DNA of 64,000 nucleotides from NCBI GenBank assembly GCA_024679065.1, contig JAGIQG010000040.1, forward strand, positions 5,270,001 to 5,334,000. The letters run 5' to 3'. Both the position numbers and the translations under genes were made by a program. The notes under the pieces are model-generated. The model was not told where the DNA came from. It made no database searches and saw nothing but the letters and a program-made list of their open reading frames with translations. Shown in pieces: positions 51,799-64,000 of the stretch; positions within the stretch are counted from its first letter, which is position 1; every line of letters starts with the position of its first letter. The DNA comes from Sphyrna mokarran (taxonomy: Eukaryota).

Positions 51799-52574
51799 AA
51801 CTGCCTGAAAGAATTTTAATCTAATCTATCCATGCTAAATTGGTGTTTCTATTTCAGCATTTTCTATTTGTGTACCAGGGGCAAGTCTGTCTGATAAATG
51901 CCTCTCGATATAAACAAATATACTGCGGATGCTGGAATCTGAAACAAGAATAGAAAATACTCGAAAAAATCAATAGGTCTGAAAAAAAAACCTGAGAATG
52001 GAACTAACGATCAAAGTCTGGATGACTCTTCGTCAGAGCTGAAGATCAAGACATTTGGAAGAGATTTATACTGTAATGGTGAGGGATATGGGGGTGGGGT
52101 GTGGGGTGAGTGTCAAAGGGATCACATATAAATACAAAAACAAAGGGATTGTCAATGGTCGGGGCAGCAGTTTTACTGGGAAATAGCTGTATGAATTTTC
52201 CGTATTTTGTCTTCCCATTCACTCTGTAAAGGAATTGACTGAGTTCGATGACTGGCTATTTCTCTCAGTCAGAATGACAAAGGGATGTGGTTCCCGTCAC
52301 TTTCCCTCACCGGGAAGGGAAGAGGCGACTACTCTTTAGACAATTCATATGTTTAAATATGAACCATCGATAAAATGAGTAACTACGGAAAAGGCTGTAC
52401 TTACATCAGATCAATAATATCCGTTTCCAGGAAATGCAAGTGGGGCAAAACTACATGAGCTAAACTTGTGTGGGCGTCACTGACATAAATCAGCCGACAT
52501 TTCAATGTCCCCTCCACATTCACTTCCTTCTGCTGTGAACTGTGTGCGGGTTTCTTATTGAGATTTCAAATGCA

Positions 52575-53012
52575 ATGATGTGCTGCATTGTGCAATTTTA
52601 CCTATTGCCTCTCATTCTGGTGATGCTAACATGTACGGACAGGAGTTGGACCCAATAACAAAAATTGATTGTTAATTTTATTTTCTTGTTTTTTTCAAGG
52701 GTTCATCATGTGAATTTTATTCCAGGTCCATGTCTCTCGGACCGTGTGCTTCAATCCCCCGCTTGGAAAAGTGTTCAGAGAGGGGATTCCGTGCAGTTAG
52801 ATTGTAGTTACGAGGCATCCAGCTTTGATGTGATGCATTGGTACAAACAGAAATCCGGTGAGAGACTGGAGTGGATTATGAGGCGGTCGTCTGGCAGAGG
52901 CCAAAAAGGTCGTTTTGAACTGAATCTTGATACCACTGCGAAACGCGGCCAGTTGCTCATTGAAAACACGGAGGACGCGGATACTGCAGTTTATTACTGT
53001 GCGATTGATCCG
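52575..53012 (+). CDS. TRAV: TCR alpha V segment (leader 52575-52632, V exon 52726-53012)
   Basis: MMCCIVQFYLLPLILVMLT|gtacgg; DRVLQSP..LDCSY..WYKQ..DTAVYYCAIDP. Confidence 0.92.
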
Positions 53013-53051
53013 CACAGTGAGGCAAAACACAACAGTCGCTGTACAAAAACC
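53013..53051 (+). other. Perfect consensus 23-RSS
   Basis: CACAGTG + 23 nt + ACAAAAACC. Confidence 0.95.
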
Positions 53052-54318
53052 TCGCTCCAAGTTGCAGTTCCGGGACAGCTGCAGCAACCACTCCAATAGC
53101 GCAAGACAGGCCGGGAGGCACAAACGGAACCTGAAGTGTCTGCATTCATAATTCTCATCAGATGGGCGCGTTGACCAGAGACACCGGCGGGCACAGCATT
53201 CACTCTGCTCACTTTTCAAGGGGTCTGTCTGTACATGTTTCCAAATTCAAGCAAATGCTCTTCCTCTTCATTCGCCCAAAAACGGCCGAGCACTTCACTC
53301 ATTGATACCAATCCGCTGCAGGAAAATGGACTTCGTGCGTACACAGTGCGGAGGGTGTCAGGAGTGTTGACCCTAATAGAACACATAACAGTGAGACAAA
53401 TTTGATCTGAGTTTGAGATTACATTGGTTTTCTCTTCGTCAGTTGAGGACTCACCTGACGAAGAGGCAGCGCTCTGAAAGCTCGTGGCTTTTGCTCCTAA
53501 ATAAACCTGTTGGACTTTAACCTGATGTTGTAGGGCTTCTTACTACAACATAGCAAACAGTGTCGTGTAGCACTAACATCGTGCTCAATTGGTTAGACTT
53601 CGAACAGATCTAACAACTCAAGACTGCGCATTCATAAGGCGTTGTGGGTCATCAACAAAGTTGAACTGAACTCCAGTAAATCTGCAATCTCATGGCGCGA
53701 AATATTCCCCCACTCCACCATTACCATCAAGCAGGGAATCAATCCTGGTTCCATGGAGAGTGCAGGAGGGTATGTCAACAGCAGCACCGGGCATACTTAA
53801 AAATGAACTGCCAACCTGGGGAAGCTATCAAACAAGACTATTTGCATGCCAAACGGCAAAAACAGCAAGTGATGAATAGAGCTAAGCGATCCCACTATCA
53901 ACGGATGAGATCTAAGATCTACAGTCCATCCACATCCAGGCGAGAATGGGTGGTGGTCAATCAAACAACTCACTGGAGGAGGATACTCCACAAATATCTC
54001 CATCTTAAATGATGGAGGAGCCCAGCACATGCATTCAAAAAAAAATAAAGCTGAAATTTCTGCAGCATTCTTCAACCACACGTGCCGAGTGGATGAACCA
54101 CTGACATAAATATTTTCCGATATGGGTTCAAATCTGGTGCTAAATAATTAAAAAAAACTTCTCACTGAATTAAGCACTAAACTGTTCGACTTCCAAAGGA
54201 GCGGAAGCGCGTTCCATTCAGAAAATAGTGACTGAGGTATTAACAAAGCAACATTGACAGCGACACTTCCGGGGAAATGAAGTTCATCGAGGAAAGCAGC
54301 AAAGTTTTAGAATAACGG

Positions 54319-54391
54319 CGCCCAACGTCGGGCTCGAACCCACGACCCTGAGATTAAGAGTCTCATGCTCTACCGACTGAGCTAGCCGGGC
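54319..54391 (-). tRNA. trnK-CTT: tRNA-Lys(CTT), one T-stem mismatch
   Basis: Canonical except CCCAC>CCGAC (G:G in T-stem). Confidence 0.85.
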
Positions 54392-55999
54392 ACGTTGTAT
54401 TAACGCTACTTCAAGTCCTAAAATAGGCGGACAACAAATGTGCATTTCCACATGGCCTCTCGTTATTCAGATTTCAAAGTGTAAAAAGTACTCGATCGAC
54501 AAAATCGCCAAGGTTACAATGCATTCCTATCAATCATCATTAACATCATTCACATCTTCCGCTTCTTTGTCGCAGCTCATTCTAAGCATAACAAACGCCT
54601 CTTATATCTTTCACCTTAATTATTTTTGTCGGAAACATTTTGACATGACCTTGTGAACTAATGTGAATCGGGTTTGCGTTGGAAAAATGAGCTTATTCAC
54701 ATCAGTGAGCTGAGTCACTTTGGTCCACACACACAGAGAGTGGTAAAGGCCTCAGGAGAAACAAGCACATCTCAAAGAGCAAATTTGCTCTTTGGAAATT
54801 TATCAGAGGCCGAATCACCACAGATACTAGAACCTGAAATTATAAGATTGTCCAGCCACACTGACGCATTCACATCACCATAACCATTGCTTTGACCGCA
54901 CTGATTAGAATATGGGAAATAAGGTGATAAGTGGGCCATTTGGCCCCTCAAGCATTCACAGCTGCTCAATAAGAATGCCCTCAACTTTTAAACTGTGCTG
55001 TTTACTTTTCTGTAGCATCTTAATCTGAAGCTACACAAATAAGTTGAATATCCCTGGAGGATGATGATTTAGATCTGAAACATTTCTCCCCAGTTTTGTT
55101 GATTTGATCTAACATTTTCTGTTTCTGTTTCAAATTTCCAATATCGCAGTGTTATTCTTTTAGTATCTGATGAATAAATAACAACTTATATTCATGTGGG
55201 ACTATGGTGACTTTATTTGCCATGATCTTGCTAAATGGTGGAAAGGAGGAATGGAATTGATGACTTTGTCTTATTCCATCTATTCTGCTTCCTGGCAGCA
55301 CCAGGTATGACGCCAATTGCTTCCTCTGGCAGTGCTGATGATAAGTTTATATCACTAAATTCAGCATGGCAAATAACTGCGGAAGGGTGTGCTCGAATCA
55401 CACCACTGCCAGATGTTAATTTGTTTTAAAGGAAAATGGAATACATTTCGTTGTTCAAATGAACTAAAGAAGAATGCAATAGAATGTATCATTGCTCATT
55501 TAACAGGAGGAAGCAGCAGGGACAGTCTAGATATAGATTGATGTGGACAAGAGACAGGTTTGTGGAACTAGTTTAATTTCTCCTCCAGGAGGCCGAATTT
55601 GCTTCGAGTCGGGCTATCGCCGAGTATGCATAATGTACTGATTTTCATGCCCATCTCCAAATGCTTTGAATTTCGAAGCCATTCGGATTTCAGGATCTTC
55701 CACCAACTTTAACTGACCTTTGGAGAATTTTCTGCATCATCTGATTCTAAACTTTGGAATCACTCAGCAAAAATTCTCGAGAAGGAAGAGCGATATTTAG
55801 TTTCTTCTTGAAAACACACAATGTTTTGGCCGCAACTACTTTATTGTGGTAGTGAATTCCATGACTTCGCTACTTTCTGGTGAAGAAATCACTGCTCACC
55901 TCAGTCCCAAAAGTTTTAAAGTTTACCTTCAAACTGCCGCTCTTAGTTCTGGACTCCCCCATCATCGGAAAATTCTTTCTGGATCTATTTTCTCTAATC

Positions 56000-56810
56000 A
56001 TCGAGAGGGAGCAGAGCGGAGATTTAACAGGATGATTTCTAGGATGGCAGATTTGTCATATGATTAGAGACTAAATCGGTTAGGATTGTTTTCACGGGAT
56101 TTCGAAGAGTGAGAAAGGATATCACAGAGACTTATAAAATCCTAACAGGGTTAAGCAGTGTAGATTCAGAAAGAATATTCCAAGTGATGAAGGAGTCCAG
56201 AACTCGACATGGCAGCAAAGTGGTTAGCACAGTCTGTGTGGAGTTTGCACATTCTCCTTGTCAGTGTGGGTTTCCTCTGGGTGCTCCGGATTCCTCCCGC
56301 AGTCCAAAGATGTGCGGGTTAGGTTGATTGATTGTGCTATAAAATTGCTTTTAGTGTCCTGAGATGCGTGGGTTGGAGGGATTAGTGGGTAAATATTAGG
56401 TAGTGGGTAAATATGGGGCTCGGGCCAGGGTAGAATTGTAGTCGGTGCAGAGCTGATGGGCAGAATGGCCTTTTCCTGTACTATAGTATTTCTATGTTTT
56501 TAACTAGGGGTCATCATTTGAGGAAGAAAGGGTAAGCCTATTAGAAACGAGCTGGGAAAAAAATTTCTTCAGCCAAGGGTGATGAATGCATAGAATTCAC
56601 TAACACTGCTGAATGTATTCGAGGCCAAAACGCTTTCTGGTTTGAAGAAGAAATTGGATATATTTCTTGGGACTGAAGAGATCAAGGCATATGAGAGGAA
56701 AGAGAAATCAGGATATTAAATTTGATGATCAACCATGCTCAAAATGAATGGCGGAGCAGACTCGGTGGGCTGAATGGCACATTCCTGCTTCTTTGTGTCT
56801 ATGTAATCCT
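56000..56810 (+). mobile_element. CR1-like LINE 3' end with nested HE1-like SINE (about 56207-56497)
   Basis: RKDITETYKILTG..; LINE resumes after the SINE (AACT on both sides). Confidence 0.7.
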
Positions 56811-59300
56811 CCTGGAATTCTATGAGTTTCTATGCGATCTCCTCTCACTCTTTTGAACTCTAATAAATGTAATTTTAACTGATTTATTCTCCACTGAAAT
56901 GACAAAACTAACATCCCAAAAAACAGCCCGGTAAACCTTCTCTGCAATCCGTCTGTAGCAAGGACATCCTTTCTCGGATGAGGAAGTCAAAGCTAGACGC
57001 AATACTACAGGTGTAGCCCGAATAATGCCCGATAGACTTGCAACAAAGCCTCCCTTTCCCTATACTCAAATCATCTTGCTATGAAAGCTAGCGTATCATT
57101 TTTCTTCTTTACTGCCTGCACGTATACTTTCAGTGACTCACACACGAGGACCTCGTGTTCTCGCTGAGTATCCATCTCTCACATGCTTTATCACTTTTGC
57201 GGGGATAACAAACTTCAACCCAAATTTTGAGATCAAAGTTTAATAAAACTACCAAGATCACTGAGGTAATGATTAACCAAGTCCTGATTCCGACACCACT
57301 GTGTATTTCAATGCAGAGATGTAGTGGATCCCAGTCAAAATTCCACAGCGACAACTCCAGAGGCTACTCAGTAGACGGCGTTCTCACACTGCTGATGAGC
57401 AGCAATAATTAATTCACTCAGCGGTTGACAACCAGGGGGATCTTTTTCAACCTGTAAATAATACAAAGCGCAACAATAGATTGTGAGGTCCACTTGTAGA
57501 ACTATATTACTTCATGATTTCAATTCGCAACATAATTAAAAATAGACTCCACAAGTACACTCGTGGAGCCTTAATTGTTTACATGTTAATTGTCTTTGTT
57601 CCTTTCCATTTATTTTCCCACTCTTTCCCTTCCTGCCTCCAGTTTCCATTTTTCATCTGTAATTGCTTTACTTTTTTCCCAGTATGTAGTTCAACGATTC
57701 AGATCCTAATTTTCTGCTCGGCATCTTAAATCAGTCTGGCAAAATTCCACTGAGCCACAAAAGGAAACTGTCAGGTGCGGCCAATGAAGAACCAAAGATT
57801 GTCTCCCCTTCTGTCCACCGCCATTGGAGCATTTCTACGAATAGGCAGCAATGGCGGCACCTGGCGCTGCTGCTCACAGCGCCAGAGCCTCTGGTCACTG
57901 CCTGTGTGGAACTTGCACCTTCTCGTCAGGGTTCTCCGGTTTCCTCCCACAGTCCGAAGTTAGATTGATTGGCCAAACTAAATTGGCCCTAAGTGTTAGG
58001 GAAACTAGCAGGGACTAGACTTGGGTATAATTGCGAAAGATGCAGACTTGATGGACCAAACAACCTCCTTCTCCACTGTTTGCAATGATAATTTACATGC
58101 TTGAACCCAATTTGCTTTAATGTTTTGAAGAAAATAAAGTGGTCAATAATCATTACAAAAACACCCGTATTGTAGAAGAATTGGAGCCTGATATTGAACA
58201 GAGGCTAGAGCGAGTGAGAGAAGGTGTGTCTGATGTGAGAAAGGATATGAAAATGTGAATGAAAAACCCACTTTGAGAGCTGTTTTCTGAATTATTACAC
58301 TGTAATCATTTCAACACTATGTTCATTTCTTTTATGAATGGGAGTGACACTGAAAATGTTTTCCTAGACGGCTAATATTGAATTGTAGGTAATGAGGACA
58401 AACTTTACATATCCTCAGGGATATCTGCTGTCTGAACTTTGCCCTCGTGTTTTGAACACACGATTTCCGAGTTATTGGAAGTGCTGACATTATTATCTCT
58501 AAAACAAATTCCGCACTCCGATGGTGGTGGCTCATTGAATACACGATAACTAACCCGACTGAAGTTAGTAATTTTAAACAGAGGTGATATGAGAGACGTT
58601 ACATTACTGGAAATGTTTATACTTCAAGATTGTTCCACGGAACGTACAGTGACAGCCGGTACCTTTGTTCCAAAGCGGCAGGTATACTTTTTAAGCATAT
58701 CGTCACAAACACATGTCCCTTCCTTTGAACTATGTTGAGAAGGATTCCATAACTGATTGTCAGGCGGGAGAACCGCTCCTTCCTTCAGTAACAAATACTC
58801 GCTTTATCCTTGAATTGGGAGTTTCTCTTCGAACGGCAGGGACGCTGGCAATGTGGTGAGTCAATCAGCCACTCCGACATAAAATGCAATAACTGTTCAA
58901 TAATTGTCTCAGTGTTGCATGAGGGAAATCTGCAATCATGACTGAGTCACTCCCCCGATGGTAAGGCTTAAACGGACTGATCCTCAATGAACCAAATCCT
59001 GGAGCAAGCCTGAGTTTGACGGTCACAATAATCAGAATCGGGTTTCACTGTCACCATCTGCTGTGTAAAACGGAAATATTCCTTCCGTAAAGCACTGACT
59101 GTTCCCCGGCTCTGAGTTTTCCAATCATTGACAGCCAGCCATTGGCAGCCAGCTCAGCAGCCTGCCTATTCTCAATGTCACTGGGAAACATCAGGAAGTG
59201 AAGTGAAAACATCCTGAGACTCACAGCAGATTACTGAGGGCGGGGTTTAGAACATGTCTTCAAAATCCCCAACTCCTCTTCTACAGAGCAGACAGAGACA

Positions 59301-59767
59301 ATGCGGCTGCTCAGCATCTGGGTTGTGTGGGCGATATTTCTGACAGGTAAATGTGGACCAAATACATTTCAACTTTGTTTTTTTACATTTTTCAAACATG
59401 GTGTAAAACAAAATTTTCAACAGTCGCCCGATCAGATTTTTTTAATATTTGTTTTTTCAGATCTGATTCATGGAAATTCTGTCACTCAGTCACTTTCCAC
59501 AGATATTAGGGCAGAAGGAGAAGCGGTGACGTTAAATTGTAAATATGATACTGAACAGAGCTCCTACTATCTATACTGGTACCGGCAGCACCCAGACTCA
59601 CAGCCTGAGTTTATATCGTGGAGTCACTCAGGAGGCTTGGAAGATAAAGCCGATTTTGCCAAAAGCCGTTTCTCTGCTGAGCTCCAGACTGAGAATAAAT
59701 TCACCAGTTTAACAATCTCGGATCTGAAGCTGGCTGACGCCGCCGTGTGTTACTGCGCTTTCACTCT
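59301..59767 (+). CDS. TRAV: TCR alpha/delta V segment (leader 59301-59346, V exon 59461-59767)
   Basis: MRLLSIWVVWAIFLTG|gtaaat; NSVTQS..LNCKY..YYLYWYRQ..DAAVCYCAFT. Confidence 0.9.
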
Positions 59768-59806
59768 CACAGTGACAGAAAACAAGCTCAGCTCTGTACA
59801 AAAACC
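59768..59806 (+). other. Perfect consensus 23-RSS
   Basis: CACAGTG + 23 nt + ACAAAAACC. Confidence 0.95.
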
Positions 59807-61589
59807 GTTCTTTTTTTACTGCAGAATGTAGCTGCTATGTGTTGTGGCTTGTGTAAAATCGCGGTCGATGTAACCACAATGCACAGAGAAAGGAAACCAA
59901 AGCAATTCCGAATGAAACTGTTCCCAGGAACAACTATACAAACAAACTGTCGATTCCAATCCGACAAACAAATCAGCTCAGAGTCATGTTTGAAGATATC
60001 CGTTCTAATCACTGCCTTTAGTAATTTGTTCTCTGCCCTCGGGATGTTTTCGCCCCAATTCCGGATGTGTCTCTGGTTCTGTGTGACCAGTTGATGGTAA
60101 TCTCGGGCTGACTCGGAAGAAAAGGGTCTGAACCCCGCTGCAGTCAGTGCCTTCATGGGGGTATGGCGGCACTTTTAGACGCTGGAGGAGGAGGAGGAAG
60201 AGGTGGTCGGGGAATATAATCCTGGTCTGCAGATTACAATAAGAAACATGTGGATTGTTAGCTCTGACAGGGACCGCGTCAACCTTTTGGAAACATTCTG
60301 AAACTCAGTGGGCACAAAATCTATTTGGGGTGATTTAAAGATCACAGTTAACGCTTTGCGAAATCTGTTCAATGTGTATAAGTTTTTTCTTTGATTGGGC
60401 AACACACTTGTTTAAATAAACTGTGCGAGTAGGCCGCGGTCAAAGACTCCAGAAAACTGGGAAAGGAAATGGAGAGAGGGTTGTTCAATGTTACAGTCAT
60501 AAAAAATACATCAAAAGGAAAAAAAAGAAGTGATTGGAATAATGAAGTAGATTTATGAAAGTTGCTCTCAGAATAACTGGAGTTAACTAATACAATTCCA
60601 CAAGTGTTCCTGACTTGTTTTTGATTTGAGACTGCCTGTGACTCTGACTTTGGAGGCGGACTGAATCCAGCCCTCTCACGACCCATCGCGTGTATACCCC
60701 TTATTAGAAAACAAGATGGACCAAAGCACCTGTAGCATAAAAACTGTGATTTCTTCTCCCCACCCATATTCATGTTGACAAACAATGACATTCTCTAGAA
60801 GGGAGTCATGATCTCTCACAGTTGGAGAGCGCTCTCCTGTGGACACCAAGACCGTATGTTGGAAACAGATACGTGCACAGATATACACGGATAGAGATCC
60901 ACATTTGTTAGCGACAAGGAGGGCAGCACAATAAGTTTACTTCCATGGGTGCCGTGTAGAAATAAATGACCCACACATTGTACATGTTCACAAGCAACTC
61001 ATAGAGAGTGCAGCGTTGTTATACTGAAGAAATAAAGCGGATTCCATGTGTTGAAGTAAATCAATTAAATTCTGCGCGTTCAGTCCGAATGTTTCAACAG
61101 AGAGGAGGCACAAGGTGAAAAGCTTGTGACCTCTATAGAAACATTTTGACTAATTTAGAGAACGAAGTTTTTGTTTCATAAAATCTTCTGGCATTCATAT
61201 TTGGTGGATTTGTTTACTTTCACAATCTGCCTGTCTATTCCACTATACATACACTTGTATTTACCGATCTGTTCTTGCACCAATTCTCTATATATCGGTA
61301 TCGACGTGTCTATGTCTTTAGGTGTCTCAGGCAACCCGTCAAGCTATCAAAAACAACCAAAAAACGCATAATTCTGTCTCTGAAGTTGCCGGCTTATCTG
61401 TTCACTATTCATCCATCCATTGTCAGCTAATGTCTGCTTTGCTTAAGGCGCCTGAATATCACCAAAATCATTAAAAAAAAACAACTCATGTTCAGCAAAT
61501 GAAACAAAAGCGCGTGGAGGGGATTGGTTTTTTCCCTTTACTTTCTCCCTGCCTCTAAATTGTTTGTTGGAATATTTGTTAGGAACAGT

Positions 61590-62300
61590 AACATGGAAAG
61601 GAATCTGGACGTATAGGTCCACAGTTCCCTAAAAGTGGGAACACAGGCGGCCAAGGTGCTGAAGAAGGCATATGGCATGTTTGCCTTCATCAGCCAGGGA
61701 ATTGAGTACATGAGTTCGAAAATCATGTTCCCGCTATTTAAACCTTGGGTAGGCCGCATTTCGAGTGTTACGTGCAGTTTTGGTCCTCACACTATCAGAA
61801 GGACATGGAAGCTTTGGATAGAGTGCAAGTAAGGTTCACCAAGATATTGCCTGGTCTCTGGGAATGTTGGCAATGAAGAGTGGTTGAATAAATTAAGAAT
61901 GTTTTCATTGGAAAAGCGGAGGCTGAGGGGAGATCTGAAAAACTCTACAAAATTATGAGAGGAAAAGGTAGAGTGGATAGTCAGGTTTTCTTTTCCTCGG
62001 GTACAATTGCCAATTGCAAAGGGTTAGAGGCTCAAGGTGAAATGGAGAAAGTTGGAGGGAAATGGGTGGGGGGATTTTTTTCCCGCAAAGAGTGATAGGT
62101 GCCTGGAACGCACTGCCAGAGAATGTGATGGAAGTGGGCACGTGAGCAACATTTAACAGGAATCTGAATAGCTTCGTGGAAATGGAGGAAATAGAGGGAT
62201 ATGGACCGAGTTAAGACAGAAGGTTTTTTTCTTCGTTAGGGCATCATGATTGGCACATTCTCGGAGGCCCGAAGGATTTGTTCCTGTGATGTAGTTTTCT
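61590..62300 (+). mobile_element. CR1-like LINE 3' fragment
   Basis: KVLKKAYGMFAFISQGIEY.. Confidence 0.75.
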
Positions 62301-63382
62301 TCGTTTTCCGTTGTTCTTGTAATTTGTTTGCAAATGCTTAATTAATGTATCCAAATGCAATTGCAAGAATTTCAATGAAAGACGAAAATAAGTTACAAAG
62401 TTAAAGTGTATTTATTAGTTACAAGTAAGGCTTACATTAACACTGCAATGAAGTTATTGTGAAATTTCCCTAGTGGGCACAGTTTGGCGCCTTTCCGGAT
62501 CAACGCACCTTACCAGCACGTCTTTCAGACTGTGGTAGATAACCAGAGTACCCAGTGGAATCCCACGCAGACACAGAGCGAATGTGCAAACTCCAAACAG
62601 ACTGTCACCCAAGCTGGAATGGAGCCCGGGTCTCTGTGCGGCAGAGCTAACTACTTTGCTATCATGCCTGAAGTTCATTGCACAACAATGTTCCTTTGAG
62701 TTGCATATGTTATATGTAATATATAATGTGTTACACTTAAATAATGTATCACAGTTATACATTATAACTGTTATAATGTATTGAACGTAAGATGTAAGAG
62801 CCATTTGACCCATCGAGTGTCTGCATTGTCATTCAATAATATCATGACTGATTTGATGTGATTATCTTCAACGCCATTTTCCCGCCTTATCCCTATGAAA
62901 TTTAATTCACTTACTGATTAAAATTTGTTTACCTCACCCCTGAATAGACTTAAAGACCAAAACTTCTCAAACTTCAGCGTTAGTAATTCCACAGATTATA
63001 TCCTATCAGAAGAAATTCCTCTTTATATCAGTTTTCCACGGGCATCCTCTTAATCTGAGATCATGCCCTCCGGTCCTGGACTCTCCCACAAGGCAAAGCA
63101 ACCTCTCTTCATCTACCCTTTCAAATCCCTTATTAGGGATCGGATATGTCAGTTAGACACTAGACTGCGTCTCATCTTAATTTGAAATCAACCTCAGAAC
63201 AATTAGAGCTTCGTTTGTCTTTCGGATCTATTGAAGATCCAACTGTCTGCAGGTATATATGTTGTTCTCTACTTAGTGGGATGGGGTGTTAACCTTCATA
63301 TTTCCTGAAAATAAGCATGCACTTTTTAAAGGAGCATCAGAGCACTCAGCGCCATTCTCCACAGTTCTATATGACTTACTGC

Positions 63383-63396
63383 AGGAAGTGACATCA
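63383..63396 (+). promoter_or_regulatory. ETS+CRE composite containing the TCR V-promoter decamer
   Basis: AGGAAGTGACATCA about 160 bp upstream of ATG 63557; degenerate second copy GCAGGAAATGACATC at 63425. Confidence 0.65.
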
Positions 63397-63556
63397 GACA
63401 AGCTCCGTATGCATTGAATTTTTTGCAGGAAATGACATCGATCCAGTTCAAGCTCTGAGGATGTGTTGTCCTATAGGCGGTTACATCTCGTTATTTACTC
63501 GACATTCTGCAGCTTTCCCAGCTAAGAAAACACCTCAGAATTCCGGAGCGGCAGCA

Positions 63557-63602
63557 ATGCGTCTCCCCGTTCTTGCTCTGGTCTGGATGACACTGATTGT
63601 GG
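63557..63602 (+). CDS. V leader exon; V exon presumably beyond the window
   Basis: MRLPVLALVWMTLIVG|gtaaga; promoter 14-mer at 63383. Confidence 0.72.
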
Positions 63603-64000
63603 GTAAGAAGATCAAAACGTGAAAAACAGCAAAATTATTTCTAGAAGAAAACATTTGAAAAGCAAAGAGTTCATTTTAATCTTGTGTCTAAACTTGGTTA
63701 GACCTCACTGTGACTATTAGGAAAAGAATATAAATACAAAGGTGAAAACAGAAAATGCGATTTATCAGGATAAAAATCAGATTTCAGGTTAAAAAAAAAC
63801 TACCTGGAATTATTGCATATATTATTACATCGGTTCTTATCTCAAGAAATGGAAGCGATGCGTCAGCCTCGTAGAGATTTTTAAAATCTGAAGATGTTTC
63901 AGAAATTCCACCAAATCTGGACGATTTTAAAACGAATAACATAAATATATCAATCAGCCCGAGAGAGATTTCAGAAAAAACTGCCCAACCCATACTCTCA

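Larger units (their letters stand above)
45540..52160. repeat. Composite segmental duplication (45540-49680 ~ 1660-5810; 49800-52160 ~ 33890-36260)
   Basis: Colinear similarity including LINE, SINE and tRNA genes. Confidence 0.88.

Noticed and set aside
60369-60900. Possible V relic on minus behind a promoter-like motif resembling 14698
   Set aside because: No recognisable Ig-V motifs; CACAGTT is not at a valid distance from a nonamer
1-64000. IgHV, TAILV or NARTCR V segments; D, J and C exons
   Set aside because: No IgH-type WVRQ/YYCAR with octamer promoter, no convincing 12-RSS, no FGxG J motif with RSS and no C domain seen
1-64000. Prokaryotic systems (CRISPR, operons, rRNA)
   Set aside because: Sequence is vertebrate; no repeat-spacer array or rRNA similarity seen

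Overview
Eukaryotic genomic DNA, almost certainly from a cartilaginous fish (shark-type HE1/V-SINE, DeuSINE-like, CR1/L2 and Rex1/Babar-like repeats). The window is part of a germline T-cell receptor alpha(/delta) variable-segment array. I find 11 apparently intact two-exon V segments (leader exon, intron, V exon, 3' 23-type RSS), 2 full-length V exons with defects, 5 degraded V relics and 2 orphan leader exons, one running into a 100-N gap and one at the window edge. They lie in both orientations. No D, J or C exons were found. Unusually, the V array is interleaved with 7 full-length tRNA genes (2 Asn-GTT, 2 Lys-CTT, 2 Glu-CTC, 1 intron-containing Ile-TAT), tRNA relics and multiple CTCF-like motifs, all carried on segmental duplications. 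Most short ORFs in the track are spurious or retroelement debris. Repeat family names and alpha versus delta assignment are from recognition by eye, not database searches.
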